A stretch of 60,753 nt of DNA, counting the filler, from Bdellovibrionales bacterium RIFOXYD12_FULL_39_22 (GTDB taxonomy: Bacteria > Bdellovibrionota > Bacteriovoracia > Bacteriovoracales > Bacteriovoracaceae), in assembly GCA_001770205.1 (NCBI GenBank). It is 7 parts of 7 records of this genome, joined end to end, with 100 filler letters (N's around TTAATTAATTAA, not from the genome) between each part and the next. Parts side by side here need not be neighbours in the genome. Positions count along the whole stretch, not along the records: positions 26,560 to 31,737 come from MEQL01000036.1; positions 31,838 to 42,623 come from MEQL01000039.1; 5 more parts are not named here. One strand, written 5' to 3'. The notes below the pieces were generated by a model. The model did not search any database. It was not told where the DNA came from and saw nothing but the letters and a program-made list of their open reading frames with translations. Below are positions 30,558 through 40,413 of the stretch, in pieces. A program made the position numbers and the translations under genes. The first letter of the stretch is position 1; every line of letters begins with the position of its first letter.

Positions 30558-30873
30558 TTGCTATATAAGCGAACGTTTTCAAGGGCACAGACCTTCCCTG
30601 AACTTTTAATCAAGCTCTCTTACAATTTTAAAGTGTTAAACCAACTTATGCAGAGATCTTTGTCACCGCTTCAATCTTTTCTTTGGTGTAGTTCTCAACT
30701 ACCATCTCGTTGGTAAAAGCGATTAAAACCTTCAAAAAGCCGGGAATACCCTCCCTTTCAAATAGATCGGCAGTCTCATTGATTAGCTCGTCAAAAGAAA
30801 ATGAAAGTCCTGATAGACAGGCGGTGATATTTAAAGCAATATTTTTACTGATCATGGGCCCTCCTTGGCGCAA
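30558..30873 (-). mobile_element. Internally deleted IS derivative
   Basis: Short ORF joining a start region to the tail YTKEKIEAVTKISA shared with the contig-edge copy at 17645-17804. Confidence 0.55.
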
Positions 30874-30941
30874 TTTATATTTTTAGTCGAATCTAAATTT
30901 AACCATACGGTCCATGGTTTATCAAAAAAGTGTCGATTTAT

Positions 30942-31078
30942 TTGACAGCAAAAATTACTTTCCTATAAGAATTTCAAAAGGCTATTTTCGATTTAAAATT
31001 TCGATTACCATCTAGATAGCGAATAACCGAGCCCAGCACTCAGGTGATGAATAAGCACATCAGTTCTGGGACAATATC
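30942..31078 (+). promoter_or_regulatory. Sigma70-like promoter plus conserved structured leader, copy B
   Basis: TTGACA-N16-TATAAG, then sequence colinear with 3653-3788. Confidence 0.8.
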
Positions 31079-31108
31079 CAATATCAATTAATTTCGATAG
31101 GAGAATTT

Positions 31109-31600
31109 ATGAGAATTTTACCAGTTTTATCCTTGTTAATAATGTGTACATCGTTGCCGATCTTTGCGGCGACAAATTACTCTGTCGGTGGTAGCGGATC
31201 GAAGGGAACTTTTATTAATATTGATGGGAGAAATTTTTGCTCACACAGCAAAACTAACTTAGGATATAGTTATGTTTTAACCGATCGCTATATCGCTGGG
31301 CTTATAATCAGAAATTTGGAAACGGGGGAGGCGACAACTTACAAAGATCAAGGATTTGTTCTTAGCGGAAAGTATGAAGATTCTAGGCTTTTTGAAAAAC
31401 TTGAAACACTTACAGAAAACGATATGCCACGGTATGTATTATTGGGAAAATATCGAAAATATGCAAAGAATAATGGAACCTATTTTTCACATGACTACGA
31501 GGATGAGTCTGCAGAAGAGACAACAATGACCGACAAGGGATTTTACCTCGAAATTTCATGGCAAGCCGACAACACCAATATTACATGTATCAAGCACTAG
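31109..31600 (+). CDS. Small secreted hypothetical protein
   Basis: AGGAG RBS and signal peptide ending PIFA. Confidence 0.85.
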   Translation: MRILPVLSLLIMCTSLPIFAATNYSVGGSGSKGTFINIDGRNFCSHSKTNLGYSYVLTDRYIAGLIIRNLETGEATTYKDQGFVLSGKYEDSRLFEKLETLTENDMPRYVLLGKYRKYAKNNGTYFSHDYEDESAEETTMTDKGFYLEISWQADNTNITCIKH

Positions 31601-31837
31601 CGCAAGTTTACTAAACTCATCTCGAAAAACACAGACAACTATGCAAAATATTACGCAAAACCAGCCACCTAAATATTAACCAAAACCTGCCAATAAAACA
31701 TCAAATGTAAGATCCTCAATATTAATCTAATGTTTCTNNNNNNNNNNNNNNNNNNNNNNNNNNNNNNNNNNNNNNNNNNNNTTAATTAATTAANNNNNNN
31801 NNNNNNNNNNNNNNNNNNNNNNNNNNNNNNNNNNNNN

Positions 31838-33028
31838 CGCAATAAACTCAGTGGCCAAGTCAACGTTAGAAAGTTCAATAGATTTAGAAAGAATCTCTCC
31901 TCGTCCGGCCTCATGAGGTTTACCCATCGCGGCCTGTCCTGACTTAGAACTTTCTTTGAAAAGATTTTTTCCAACTTTAAATAACCCTTCATTATTTTCA
32001 AATTTAGCAACTGCAATTTGCGCCAAATCCCGACTTTCGCCATTATTATAAGCGGCCGTCAAAACACCTTTGTCGTTAAATGATAAACTAGTTAAGGTAG
32101 CGGCAGTTGCTCCATCTTGCGTATGACGAGATACGGCAGATTCGGAACCATATTGAGTGGCGGCATCAATTCCAGATCCACCTTCCGTAAACGATTGGCC
32201 ATAATTAAACAGAACCTTCTGTCCGGGGGCCGCACCTTTATTGAAGTTGAAATCATTCATCACATCAACTTCTTCTTGTAAAATACCCTTATCGTTAAAA
32301 ATTAATTTACCGGCGGCCATTTCATAGTATTTGCCCTCTTCGCCGCCAGCAGCATCTTTTCCATCAATCACTGCATGATATTCCCATGTATTATTTTCTG
32401 CTTTGTTGTAATACATGGTGATAAGGCGAGGTGTGCCAATGTTGTCGTAAATAGAAAGGGTGGTGCTATAACTAGAGGTTTTCTCTGGATTGGTAATATC
32501 AAAAACCTTCACATCCTCTCGAGAATCTAAATTCATATTTATATTTACATTCTCTGTTGCTTTAGCAGCAATCGTGGTCTGGCCCAACTTAATGGGAGCA
32601 ACCTTATTGGTAATAGTTCCATTATCTCCCACTTGAAATCCTCTGACTACATATCCATCAGCGTTAATCAACACTCCATCCTTATCAAAATGAAAGGATC
32701 CATCTCGGGTGTAACCATAACCAAAAGGAGCATCTAATTGGAAAAAGCCATTTCCACTAATTGCAAGATCAGTAATATTTTCTGTTCTAGCAATATTTCC
32801 TTGAGTGAACATGGGTTTAATGTGCGCTAGTTTAGTACCAGCTCCAAATTGGTCACCTCCATCAATACCTTTAAGTGAAGTAGCTAGCACATCTTGAAAT
32901 TCTGCTCTTGATGATTTGAATCCGGCAGTACTTGAGTTAGCGATGTTATCACCAACTACCGCGAGTCCCCCGCCTGCCGCACTAAGGCCTGAAATACCTA
33001 CCTGGAATGCACCTAATATACCAACCAT
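31838..33028 (-). CDS. flgE: Flagellar hook protein (3' partial)
   Basis: GDNIANSSTAGFK, TDLAISGNGFF, YTRDGSF, ELSNVDLATEF. Confidence 0.95.
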
Positions 33029-33111
33029 TTGTCCCTCCTAGACATTATCTGAGTGCTTAGATACTACAGATCTAAGCTGGCCTCCAGAAAGGACCGGCCG
33101 TTTCTCAGCGT

Positions 33112-33555
33112 TTAATTAACAAACAAAGTTGAATCAATTTTCGTAAATACATTTTCGGCCATATTGTTGCGATCCATCGCCGTCACAATTTTATTATTAT
33201 CTACATCAACAATGTAGGCCGCATTATTCGTTATAATTAACGAATCTTTTCCTCCCTTATCGCGCAATTTATCTATTGCGCCTTTTAATTTAAAATATTC
33301 CTCATTATCAATTATTAAATTTCTTTCTTGTAATCTTTTAGCGGCATGAGCGGAAAGCTTTATTCCCTCACTTCCCCTGGCCATCGTCTCTGTCTCTAGA
33401 TTTTCTTTACTCGGGGCCAATCCTTGATCTAAAAGTTTTTTAAATTCTGATTCAGTGCCACTGTCCTCCACAAGACGATTGCGAGATCCCTCTTTGGGCG
33501 TTGGTAGCTTAGAGATGTTCGGGATCAGAATGTTGTTAATCTTATTATTTACCAT
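33112..33555 (-). CDS. Flagellar operon protein, TIGR02530 family
   Basis: KLSAHAAKRLQER..KGGKDSL..IVTAMD..VFTKIDS; lies between flgD and flgE. Confidence 0.85.
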   Translation of the reverse strand: MVNNKINNILIPNISKLPTPKEGSRNRLVEDSGTESEFKKLLDQGLAPSKENLETETMARGSEGIKLSAHAAKRLQERNLIIDNEEYFKLKGAIDKLRDKGGKDSLIITNNAAYIVDVDNNKIVTAMDRNNMAENVFTKIDSTLFVN

Positions 33556-33570
33556 TTTTATCTTTTCTTT

Positions 33571-34425
33571 TTACTGCCAGTTTTGCGTACCAGTATACGC
33601 TTCATTTGCCTGCTTTGTTATTTTCCCCTCTCCTGTTGGCAATTGATTCTTATTCATATTCATATTATTGTCTACTAATTCAATTCTTTCAACATCTCGC
33701 AAAAAAACACTTTTTTGCCCATCCAATTTCAATACCGTCTCGCCCCCATCAAATGCTACACCAGTAACAACTCCATAAGATTTTGTTTCACCTTTAAATT
33801 CCTCTAACTGCTCATCCCACGCAGTAACTTCCACGCGATATTTCCCATTCCCAACTTTCCCGGTGTCTAGAGCATGTCCATCCCAGGAGATTTGCTGGGA
33901 TCCTTTAGATAATCCCTCTTTTTCAATTTGCGCAATCATCTGATTTTTTTCATCGTAAATTTTCATTACCAGGGCCTTAGCATCTTTAGATAAATTAAAA
34001 GGAATATCTACACTTCGCTCGCCCTTATAATCAATAGTAGTACCCGCTGTTAAAACTTTTTTACCTAAAAAGCCAGCGGCATAAAATTTATTCTCTGCTG
34101 GACGATTTTCATTTTGTTTTTCTAGTGCTGCTCGCATGTTCGTCAACTGTTCCAACTGAGTAAATTGTGCTAAGTCGGCAGCGAACTGTTTCTGATCCAT
34201 CGGATTTAGTGGATCTTGCTGAGATAGTTGATGCGTTAGTAGTTTTAGAAATTCATCTTTTCCCATTTTATTATGTTCTTTAGCATCAACAAATTTAACT
34301 CCGGCATCTTTCCCGGTTATATTTTCGATTATTTTTTGTTTGTTTTTTTCATCAGAAGGTTTATGCATTTGCAATTGCGCAAACTGTTGCTGTGTCGGAG
34401 ATGTTGGCCGTCCCATTACTGTCAT
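33571..34425 (-). CDS. flgD: Flagellar hook capping protein
   Basis: GKDEFLKLLTHQLSQQDPLNPMD..LAQFTQLEQL. Confidence 0.95.
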   Translation of the reverse strand: MTVMGRPTSPTQQQFAQLQMHKPSDEKNKQKIIENITGKDAGVKFVDAKEHNKMGKDEFLKLLTHQLSQQDPLNPMDQKQFAADLAQFTQLEQLTNMRAALEKQNENRPAENKFYAAGFLGKKVLTAGTTIDYKGERSVDIPFNLSKDAKALVMKIYDEKNQMIAQIEKEGLSKGSQQISWDGHALDTGKVGNGKYRVEVTAWDEQLEEFKGETKSYGVVTGVAFDGGETVLKLDGQKSVFLRDVERIELVDNNMNMNKNQLPTGEGKITKQANEAYTGTQNWQ

Positions 34426-35948
34426 TATGCTTGCTTCCTATTCATAAACTCTTCCCACAAATCTTTTCTTCGTTGAGAATCATTTTGCTCTGATTGTCTC
34501 TGCGAAAAAGAAGACTCATCTTTCCAGCTGCCATTACCACTAAATCCCCGATCTCCGCCAGCGCTATTGTTGTGAGAATTCGAGGCCCCATCCCATCCTT
34601 TCGATGTACCACTATTGGCCAACAATTCTCCTCCCGAAACGATCTTAACCGTAGACAAATCAATACCCGCACTATTTAGCGCCTGTACTAATTTGCTCTC
34701 GTGGCGTACAAAAAAGTCATTACCCATTTCATTATTGGTAGTTATTTTTAAATCAACCTGTCCATTGCCAATACCTTGTCCGGTAGTGGCATTAACCTTG
34801 AATGTCCCTAGAGAGTCATGCTTAACAGTAATATCAAGAGTGGGCCTGGCATTAACAATATTTTTGTCTACATAGTCAGTAATCCGCGCAATGATCTCTT
34901 CAACATTAGAGGATTTTACTGAATTGAGATCTAAAACCTTCGGGGCAACCATCTGATTGCCACCATGAACAGGCATTGTGGAATTATACAACAGTCCTGT
35001 TCCGGCCAACGCACTGGCCTCTGGACGGGCGGCCATAAAATCTAAAATATTAGAAGTTTCTTGTTTTTCTCCTATTTTGCTAGCAACTGATTCTTTGTTA
35101 GCAATAATCGCACTCGGCCGTTTACCACTAATGTTAATAACATTATCTTTGAGTAAATTTTGCTCTTTGCTATAACTATTCATTCCCATTTTGGAAACAC
35201 TATTATCTCGAAGCTTTCCGGTTAATCCGGCCAACTCACTATTTTTTCCTTTGCCAATTGATCGGCGCGCAAAGATAGAATGTTCACTCTCTATCGGTAA
35301 TGCAATCTTTTTTACATCTGCAGAATCGTTCCCTGCCAATATTTGCGATTCCATTTTTTCAGGCAATATCTTTGCCTGGCCTGCGGCCGCAGTTTGAAGT
35401 TCTTGTTGTTTGGATATTGGCACTGCTTGCTCTACTTCTTTATTTTTAGGTGCCAAAATATCTGTCAACGTCCTAATTGAGTTTTCTTCTACCGCATTTA
35501 CTTCTTCCACTCCCTGAGCTGGTTGCGCTAATTGGGTTGACTGAGTTGAGAAATTTTCTAAAGATCTCTCTGCTGGCATACGTAAAAGAGCATCCAATTT
35601 AGGATTTAACTCATTTGTCTGATTAACAAAATCAACATCGCCTTCAAAATCTTTCTCCACTAAAAACTGGTCAGAAGAGAAATTGAATTTTTTTGCAACA
35701 TTTGATTGGCCAGTAAGCTGTTGGGAAATATCTTCTGTTGTGGCCAAAATATCTTGTAGTGAGCTTTTTAAACTTTTATCCTCACTACCTAGTGATGCTA
35801 AAAGTTCTTGGGAAAAGGGAGTAGCTGTCTTGGAATCAACTCCAATTGATAACGGAAAGGCCAAAGCAGCGCCACCAGCACCAACACTCGTGGCAACTGA
35901 AGTGCCAAGCGTAGGTGAAAATTGATTTGTTATTTTTGCTGCTTCCAT
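34425..35948 (-). CDS. fliK: Flagellar hook-length control protein-like
   Basis: Low-complexity N-terminus, C-terminal HDSLGTFKV..LVQALNSAGI domain, and position before flgD. Confidence 0.7.
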   Translation of the reverse strand: MEAAKITNQFSPTLGTSVATSVGAGGAALAFPLSIGVDSKTATPFSQELLASLGSEDKSLKSSLQDILATTEDISQQLTGQSNVAKKFNFSSDQFLVEKDFEGDVDFVNQTNELNPKLDALLRMPAERSLENFSTQSTQLAQPAQGVEEVNAVEENSIRTLTDILAPKNKEVEQAVPISKQQELQTAAAGQAKILPEKMESQILAGNDSADVKKIALPIESEHSIFARRSIGKGKNSELAGLTGKLRDNSVSKMGMNSYSKEQNLLKDNVINISGKRPSAIIANKESVASKIGEKQETSNILDFMAARPEASALAGTGLLYNSTMPVHGGNQMVAPKVLDLNSVKSSNVEEIIARITDYVDKNIVNARPTLDITVKHDSLGTFKVNATTGQGIGNGQVDLKITTNNEMGNDFFVRHESKLVQALNSAGIDLSTVKIVSGGELLANSGTSKGWDGASNSHNNSAGGDRGFSGNGSWKDESSFSQRQSEQNDSQRRKDLWEEFMNRKQA

Positions 35949-35993
35949 TTTAATTATAAATCCTAAACTTCTTACAATTAAATCTTACCCTAT

Positions 35994-36587
35994 CTATCTT
36001 TTCATAGTTAGGTACTGCTTTTGAAGCCGGGCAGAAACTTCCTTGTCCATCAGATTGAAAATTTTTGAGACCTTGGTGGCCTCCAGCTTATCCAGTATTT
36101 TTACTGCAATTTCTGCATCTTGTACTGACAATACCTCGGCGGCACTGGCCGGTTTCATCCCCGAGATAACTTCCACCATATGATTAATTCTTTTGTCTTC
36201 TTGCTTTTCTACATCAGTCAAACAGCCGATCAATTTACTCTGTTGCTCTTGAAATTCTAAAATTTTTCCCTCAAAGGCCTTTATATTGATGGCCAGCTCT
36301 TCTTTCTGTTTTTGAATGGCCAGATCCTTGCGCTTAATATCATCTTCTTTGCGTAGCAATTCCATCGATAAATCGACCGCATTATCTTTTTTTAAAATTT
36401 TTAACTTTTTTTCAACTTCTTCATAAACCGCCTTCATAAATTCATCTTCGGTATAAACACGTCTCTCTTCTGTCTTAGGTTTAAATTCTGTTTGATCTTC
36501 TACTAAAGGATCTTTTTCGCGGGCCTTGGCCATTGCCGAAATACTTATAAATTGTAGTAGCAGCAGCGCAATAATAATTTTTTTCAT
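35994..36587 (-). CDS. MotE/FlbB-like (MgtE_N domain) flagellar protein
   Basis: Coiled coil followed by GMKPASAAEVL..AVKIL..SKIFNLMD. Confidence 0.8.
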   Translation of the reverse strand: MKKIIIALLLLQFISISAMAKAREKDPLVEDQTEFKPKTEERRVYTEDEFMKAVYEEVEKKLKILKKDNAVDLSMELLRKEDDIKRKDLAIQKQKEELAINIKAFEGKILEFQEQQSKLIGCLTDVEKQEDKRINHMVEVISGMKPASAAEVLSVQDAEIAVKILDKLEATKVSKIFNLMDKEVSARLQKQYLTMKR

Positions 36588-36600
36588 AAAAAGCTTCCTA

Positions 36601-37053
36601 TTAAAATTCTATGCCTTCTCTATTGCCTTTCATAATATGATTTTCTTCAATTGCTTCTTGCTGTTTTTTCTCCACGTACTTAACATGTTTTTCCATTTGT
36701 TTTTCTTTTAACTTCTCAATCAACTTAACATCAGCTTTCTTTTGTTTCAGCTCTTCAATTTTTTTTTCATATTGTGACTGCAAGCCGTCTATTTGCTTTT
36801 CGACAACATCTATATGCGCCTTTTTAGACTTAACATAGTAGGGGTGAAATTCTAGAAATTTTGCATTAACCGCCTTATCCATCATTGCTTCTTGATTCTT
36901 ATATGCCTCATCAATATCGTTATTCAAGGCCTGAATCGTATCCTTGTTTTTTTGTATTTCTGATAAAATAACTCCAAGTTCGGCCTTCACCTGTTTTTCT
37001 CTAGCAATCCTTACTTTTAAAAGGCCTTGTAACTTAAAATTAAACTTGTTCAT
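36601..37053 (-). CDS. fliJ: Flagellar export chaperone
   Basis: MNKFNFKLQGLLKVR..EKLKEK; follows fliI. Confidence 0.9.
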   Translation of the reverse strand: MNKFNFKLQGLLKVRIAREKQVKAELGVILSEIQKNKDTIQALNNDIDEAYKNQEAMMDKAVNAKFLEFHPYYVKSKKAHIDVVEKQIDGLQSQYEKKIEELKQKKADVKLIEKLKEKQMEKHVKYVEKKQQEAIEENHIMKGNREGIEF

Positions 37054-37055
37054 GA

Positions 37056-38456
37056 TTATTTAGATCTGCTTAAATTATTCATATTAATAGTGTTCTCTGC
37101 TTTGCGTGCTAGCTCGACCATGATGTCATATAGTTCATCAATATTTTTTTTCTTGTACAATCCAACTTCCTGTCGCAACATGGCCATAATATCATGATAA
37201 ATAACTAACGCCTTATCTACGCGCGGATTTGATCCTCGCGCATAAGCACCAACATTAATCAAATCCTCTGACTCTTTATATGCGGCCAGAAGATCTTTCA
37301 AATGTGATGCAACAATACGATGCTCATTAGTAACAACTTTTGTCATAACCCTGGATAACGAGGCCAAAACATCAATGGCCGGAAAATGGTTTCGTGATGC
37401 TAATTCACGACTTAGCACAATATGTCCATCGGCAATAGCTCGAATTGCATCAGAAATCGGTTCATCCATATCACCACCTTCCACCAAAACGGTATATATT
37501 CCAGTGATACTTCCAACACCACTCTTAGTTCCTGCCCGTTCCAGCAATTTAGGTAATTTTGAAAAAACTGATGGCGTGTAACCTTTTTGCCCTGGAGGCT
37601 CTCCGGCCGCCAGTGTAATTTCTCGATGGGCCATGGCAAAACGAGTAATGGAATCCATCATTAAAACTATATCTTTTTTTTGATCACGAAAATATTCTGC
37701 AATCGTGGTGGCAACAAAGGCCGCACGCATCCTAATAAGCGGTGCCGTATCTGAAGTTGCCACCACTACCACTGAACGCTTTATTCCTTCTGGCCCTAGA
37801 TCATTTTGAATAAATTCTAAAACCTCTCTACCTCGCTCTCCGATCAGCGCAATAACGTTAACGTCAGCGTTCGTATTTTGCGCAATCATACCTAATAAGA
37901 CAGATTTACCAACCCCAGATCCAGAGAGAATAGACATACGCTGGCCTTTTCCCGCAGTCATAAAACAATTTATGGCAGCAATACCAGTATCCAAAGGTTC
38001 TTTTATGGGAGGACGACTAATTGGGTTAATAGGATGGCCAAAAATAGATCGCTTTTCCATTTTGCCGCTAATTGGCCCCTTACCATCAATAGGATTTCCC
38101 TGAAAATCAATAACTCTACCCAACATTTCATCACAAATATTTATTTCAGTTGAAAGATTTTTTAAATAGATGCGGGTCTCCGAATTAATCCCCGATATCT
38201 CCTCGTAAGGCATGGCCAAACAACGATTTCCGCTAATTGCAACTACCTCTCCTTCAGTCCTACTTCCAAACTCTGTAACAAACTCCACCGTGGCACCGAC
38301 TACTGCTCGAGATAGATTAATTTCATACAATGCTCCCTTGGAAGCATGAATCTTTCCAATTTTCTTATAGGGAGAAGCATATTCATAGGCCTTATGTAAA
38401 GATTGCCAATCCAAATCTAGATTATTCTCTTCTGGTAAAAAAAGAGCACTACTCAT
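37056..38456 (-). CDS. fliI: Flagellar export ATPase
   Basis: GSGVGKS, GERGREV, MDSITRFA. Confidence 0.97.
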   Translation of the reverse strand: MSSALFLPEENNLDLDWQSLHKAYEYASPYKKIGKIHASKGALYEINLSRAVVGATVEFVTEFGSRTEGEVVAISGNRCLAMPYEEISGINSETRIYLKNLSTEINICDEMLGRVIDFQGNPIDGKGPISGKMEKRSIFGHPINPISRPPIKEPLDTGIAAINCFMTAGKGQRMSILSGSGVGKSVLLGMIAQNTNADVNVIALIGERGREVLEFIQNDLGPEGIKRSVVVVATSDTAPLIRMRAAFVATTIAEYFRDQKKDIVLMMDSITRFAMAHREITLAAGEPPGQKGYTPSVFSKLPKLLERAGTKSGVGSITGIYTVLVEGGDMDEPISDAIRAIADGHIVLSRELASRNHFPAIDVLASLSRVMTKVVTNEHRIVASHLKDLLAAYKESEDLINVGAYARGSNPRVDKALVIYHDIMAMLRQEVGLYKKKNIDELYDIMVELARKAENTINMNNLSRSK

Positions 38457-39315
38457 CTATGCCCACGCTTGTAAATAGTTTATCTAAATTATCAAACTGT
38501 TCGGCCATAGAAGCATTTACAATTCCATTTTCTGAATCCACCACAATTCCACTACCATCGATATCATAACCAATCTCTAAGCGAACATTCGACAATTCAC
38601 CTAGCTTTTCCTGTACAACCTTCAAAACTTCCGGCATTTTTTCAAAATCTTTTTGATTAACCTGGATAAGTAAATTTGATCGCGACTGCACTTCTAAAAT
38701 TAACTTCTCTAATAATCGAATCAAATATTTCCCATCATCTTTTAGCTCGCGCAAAATAATCCATTTAGTTAAATTTTTAACCATTTTGTAGATATCTAAT
38801 TTTTGTCGCTTTAAAATTTCACCGTAATTGTTTAAAACAATCGATATCATTTCACTTAATGCCGTAATCTTTTCTTCCGTGCTGGCCTTCGTCTGTTTAA
38901 AAACTTCCTCTCTCCCGCGTTGAACACCTTCTTCAAACCCTCGCTCTTGGGCCTCCTGCTCCAGCTCCGCTACTCTGCGGGCCACTTCCTCCTGTATCTG
39001 CTGTTCTCGCTCCTCTTCTGCCTGCCGAAGCAAACCGCGCTGTTTCGAAACAATGGGAGAAATTTCGAAGCCTCGCTCTGCAGCATTTTTTCGCTCGACA
39101 CGCATTTTTTGCGTTTTATTATCTCCGCTATTAATTATTTTATTTCTTAAATCTTCGAAGTGATAAGTAGTAATGTTTCCATCTGATAATCCACTTTTAT
39201 CACTTTTTTGACGGCCATCATCTAGTGATTGAAACTGGTATTCCGAAATTTGTGCAACATTCATTTTTTCTGCTTTTTCTTTTTGTAAAATCATATTATC
39301 ACCACTTCCTGGCAA
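38449..39315 (-). CDS. fliH: Flagellar assembly protein
   Basis: GFEEGVQRG repeat; lies between fliG and fliI. Confidence 0.85.
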   Translation of the reverse strand: MPGSGDNMILQKEKAEKMNVAQISEYQFQSLDDGRQKSDKSGLSDGNITTYHFEDLRNKIINSGDNKTQKMRVERKNAAERGFEISPIVSKQRGLLRQAEEEREQQIQEEVARRVAELEQEAQERGFEEGVQRGREEVFKQTKASTEEKITALSEMISIVLNNYGEILKRQKLDIYKMVKNLTKWIILRELKDDGKYLIRLLEKLILEVQSRSNLLIQVNQKDFEKMPEVLKVVQEKLGELSNVRLEIGYDIDGSGIVVDSENGIVNASMAEQFDNLDKLFTSVGIDE

Positions 39316-39330
39316 ATACGTATGCCCAGT

Positions 39331-40374
39331 TTATACCAAGGAATCTCCATCACCACCTCTAGAGATAAATGCCTTGCCTTGTGCCTCCAACTCTTTGGCC
39401 TTTTGTACAATTTCTGACTGAGCTTTTTCCACATCAGAAAGTTTAGTAGGCCCAAGCGCATCCAAATCTTCTTTAAGCAAGGTTGCAGCACGATTAGACA
39501 TATTTTTAAACAGCTTGGTTTTAATCTCCTCTGGTGCCGTCTTAAGTGCAATAACCAACTTTTGATTGTCCACTTCTTTGAGAAGATTTTGAACACCTCT
39601 ATCATCAACATATACAAGATCTTCAAACACAAACATGAGTTTTCTAATCTCTTCTGCCAACTCCGGATCCTTCTCCTCAACGCGGGCCATGATGTTTTTC
39701 TCATTATTTTTATCCATAAGATTCAACATCTCCGCAATTGGCTCCACTCCTCCAATCTGACTTGTATCAATTGAACCAAGAGTCGAAAGTTCTGTTTTCA
39801 ACACATCATCCAATTGTGCAATCAATTCGGGCGAAACGTAATCCAGATTGGCCACCCGCAAAACAACCTCTGCCTGCAACCCCTCGGGCAATCTTCGCAA
39901 AACATCCACTTTTCGCTCGGGACTCAAGTGCGCAATAATCAGCGCAATCGTTTGTGGATGCTCATTAATTAAAAAGTTAGACAAAGTTCTGGTGTCAACA
40001 AGCTCCAGAGACTCTAGCGTATTAGAAGAAGCAACATCTATAATTTGTCCCAATAGTTGCTTGGCACGATCCTCACCCAAGGCACTAACAATAAAATCAC
40101 GTCCACGATTATCCGCAAATAGCAAACTCGCATCTTCGTTTAGTGCCGAGTAAAACTCCTCTAGAACTTTTTTTACCATCCAGATTGGTGCTTTCTTAAC
40201 ATTCCCCATGGCATTAACCATTCGCTTAACATCATTATCTTTCATATATTGAAAAATAAGTTGCGTAGTCTGCATACCCAATGAACTAAGCAAAAGCGCT
40301 GCACGGTCTTGTCCGGACATTAAAGAATATTCGACTTCTGGATCAAGTGTTCCGCCTTCTACTGGCCCTGGCAT
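39331..40374 (-). CDS. fliG: Flagellar motor switch protein
   Basis: EHPQTIALI, MFVFEDL, NMSNRAA. Confidence 0.97.
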   Translation of the reverse strand: MPGPVEGGTLDPEVEYSLMSGQDRAALLLSSLGMQTTQLIFQYMKDNDVKRMVNAMGNVKKAPIWMVKKVLEEFYSALNEDASLLFADNRGRDFIVSALGEDRAKQLLGQIIDVASSNTLESLELVDTRTLSNFLINEHPQTIALIIAHLSPERKVDVLRRLPEGLQAEVVLRVANLDYVSPELIAQLDDVLKTELSTLGSIDTSQIGGVEPIAEMLNLMDKNNEKNIMARVEEKDPELAEEIRKLMFVFEDLVYVDDRGVQNLLKEVDNQKLVIALKTAPEEIKTKLFKNMSNRAATLLKEDLDALGPTKLSDVEKAQSEIVQKAKELEAQGKAFISRGGDGDSLV

Positions 40375-40413
40375 AAATCCCCCTCCCTTCCCCTCTCAAC
40401 TTCTTCTCATCAT

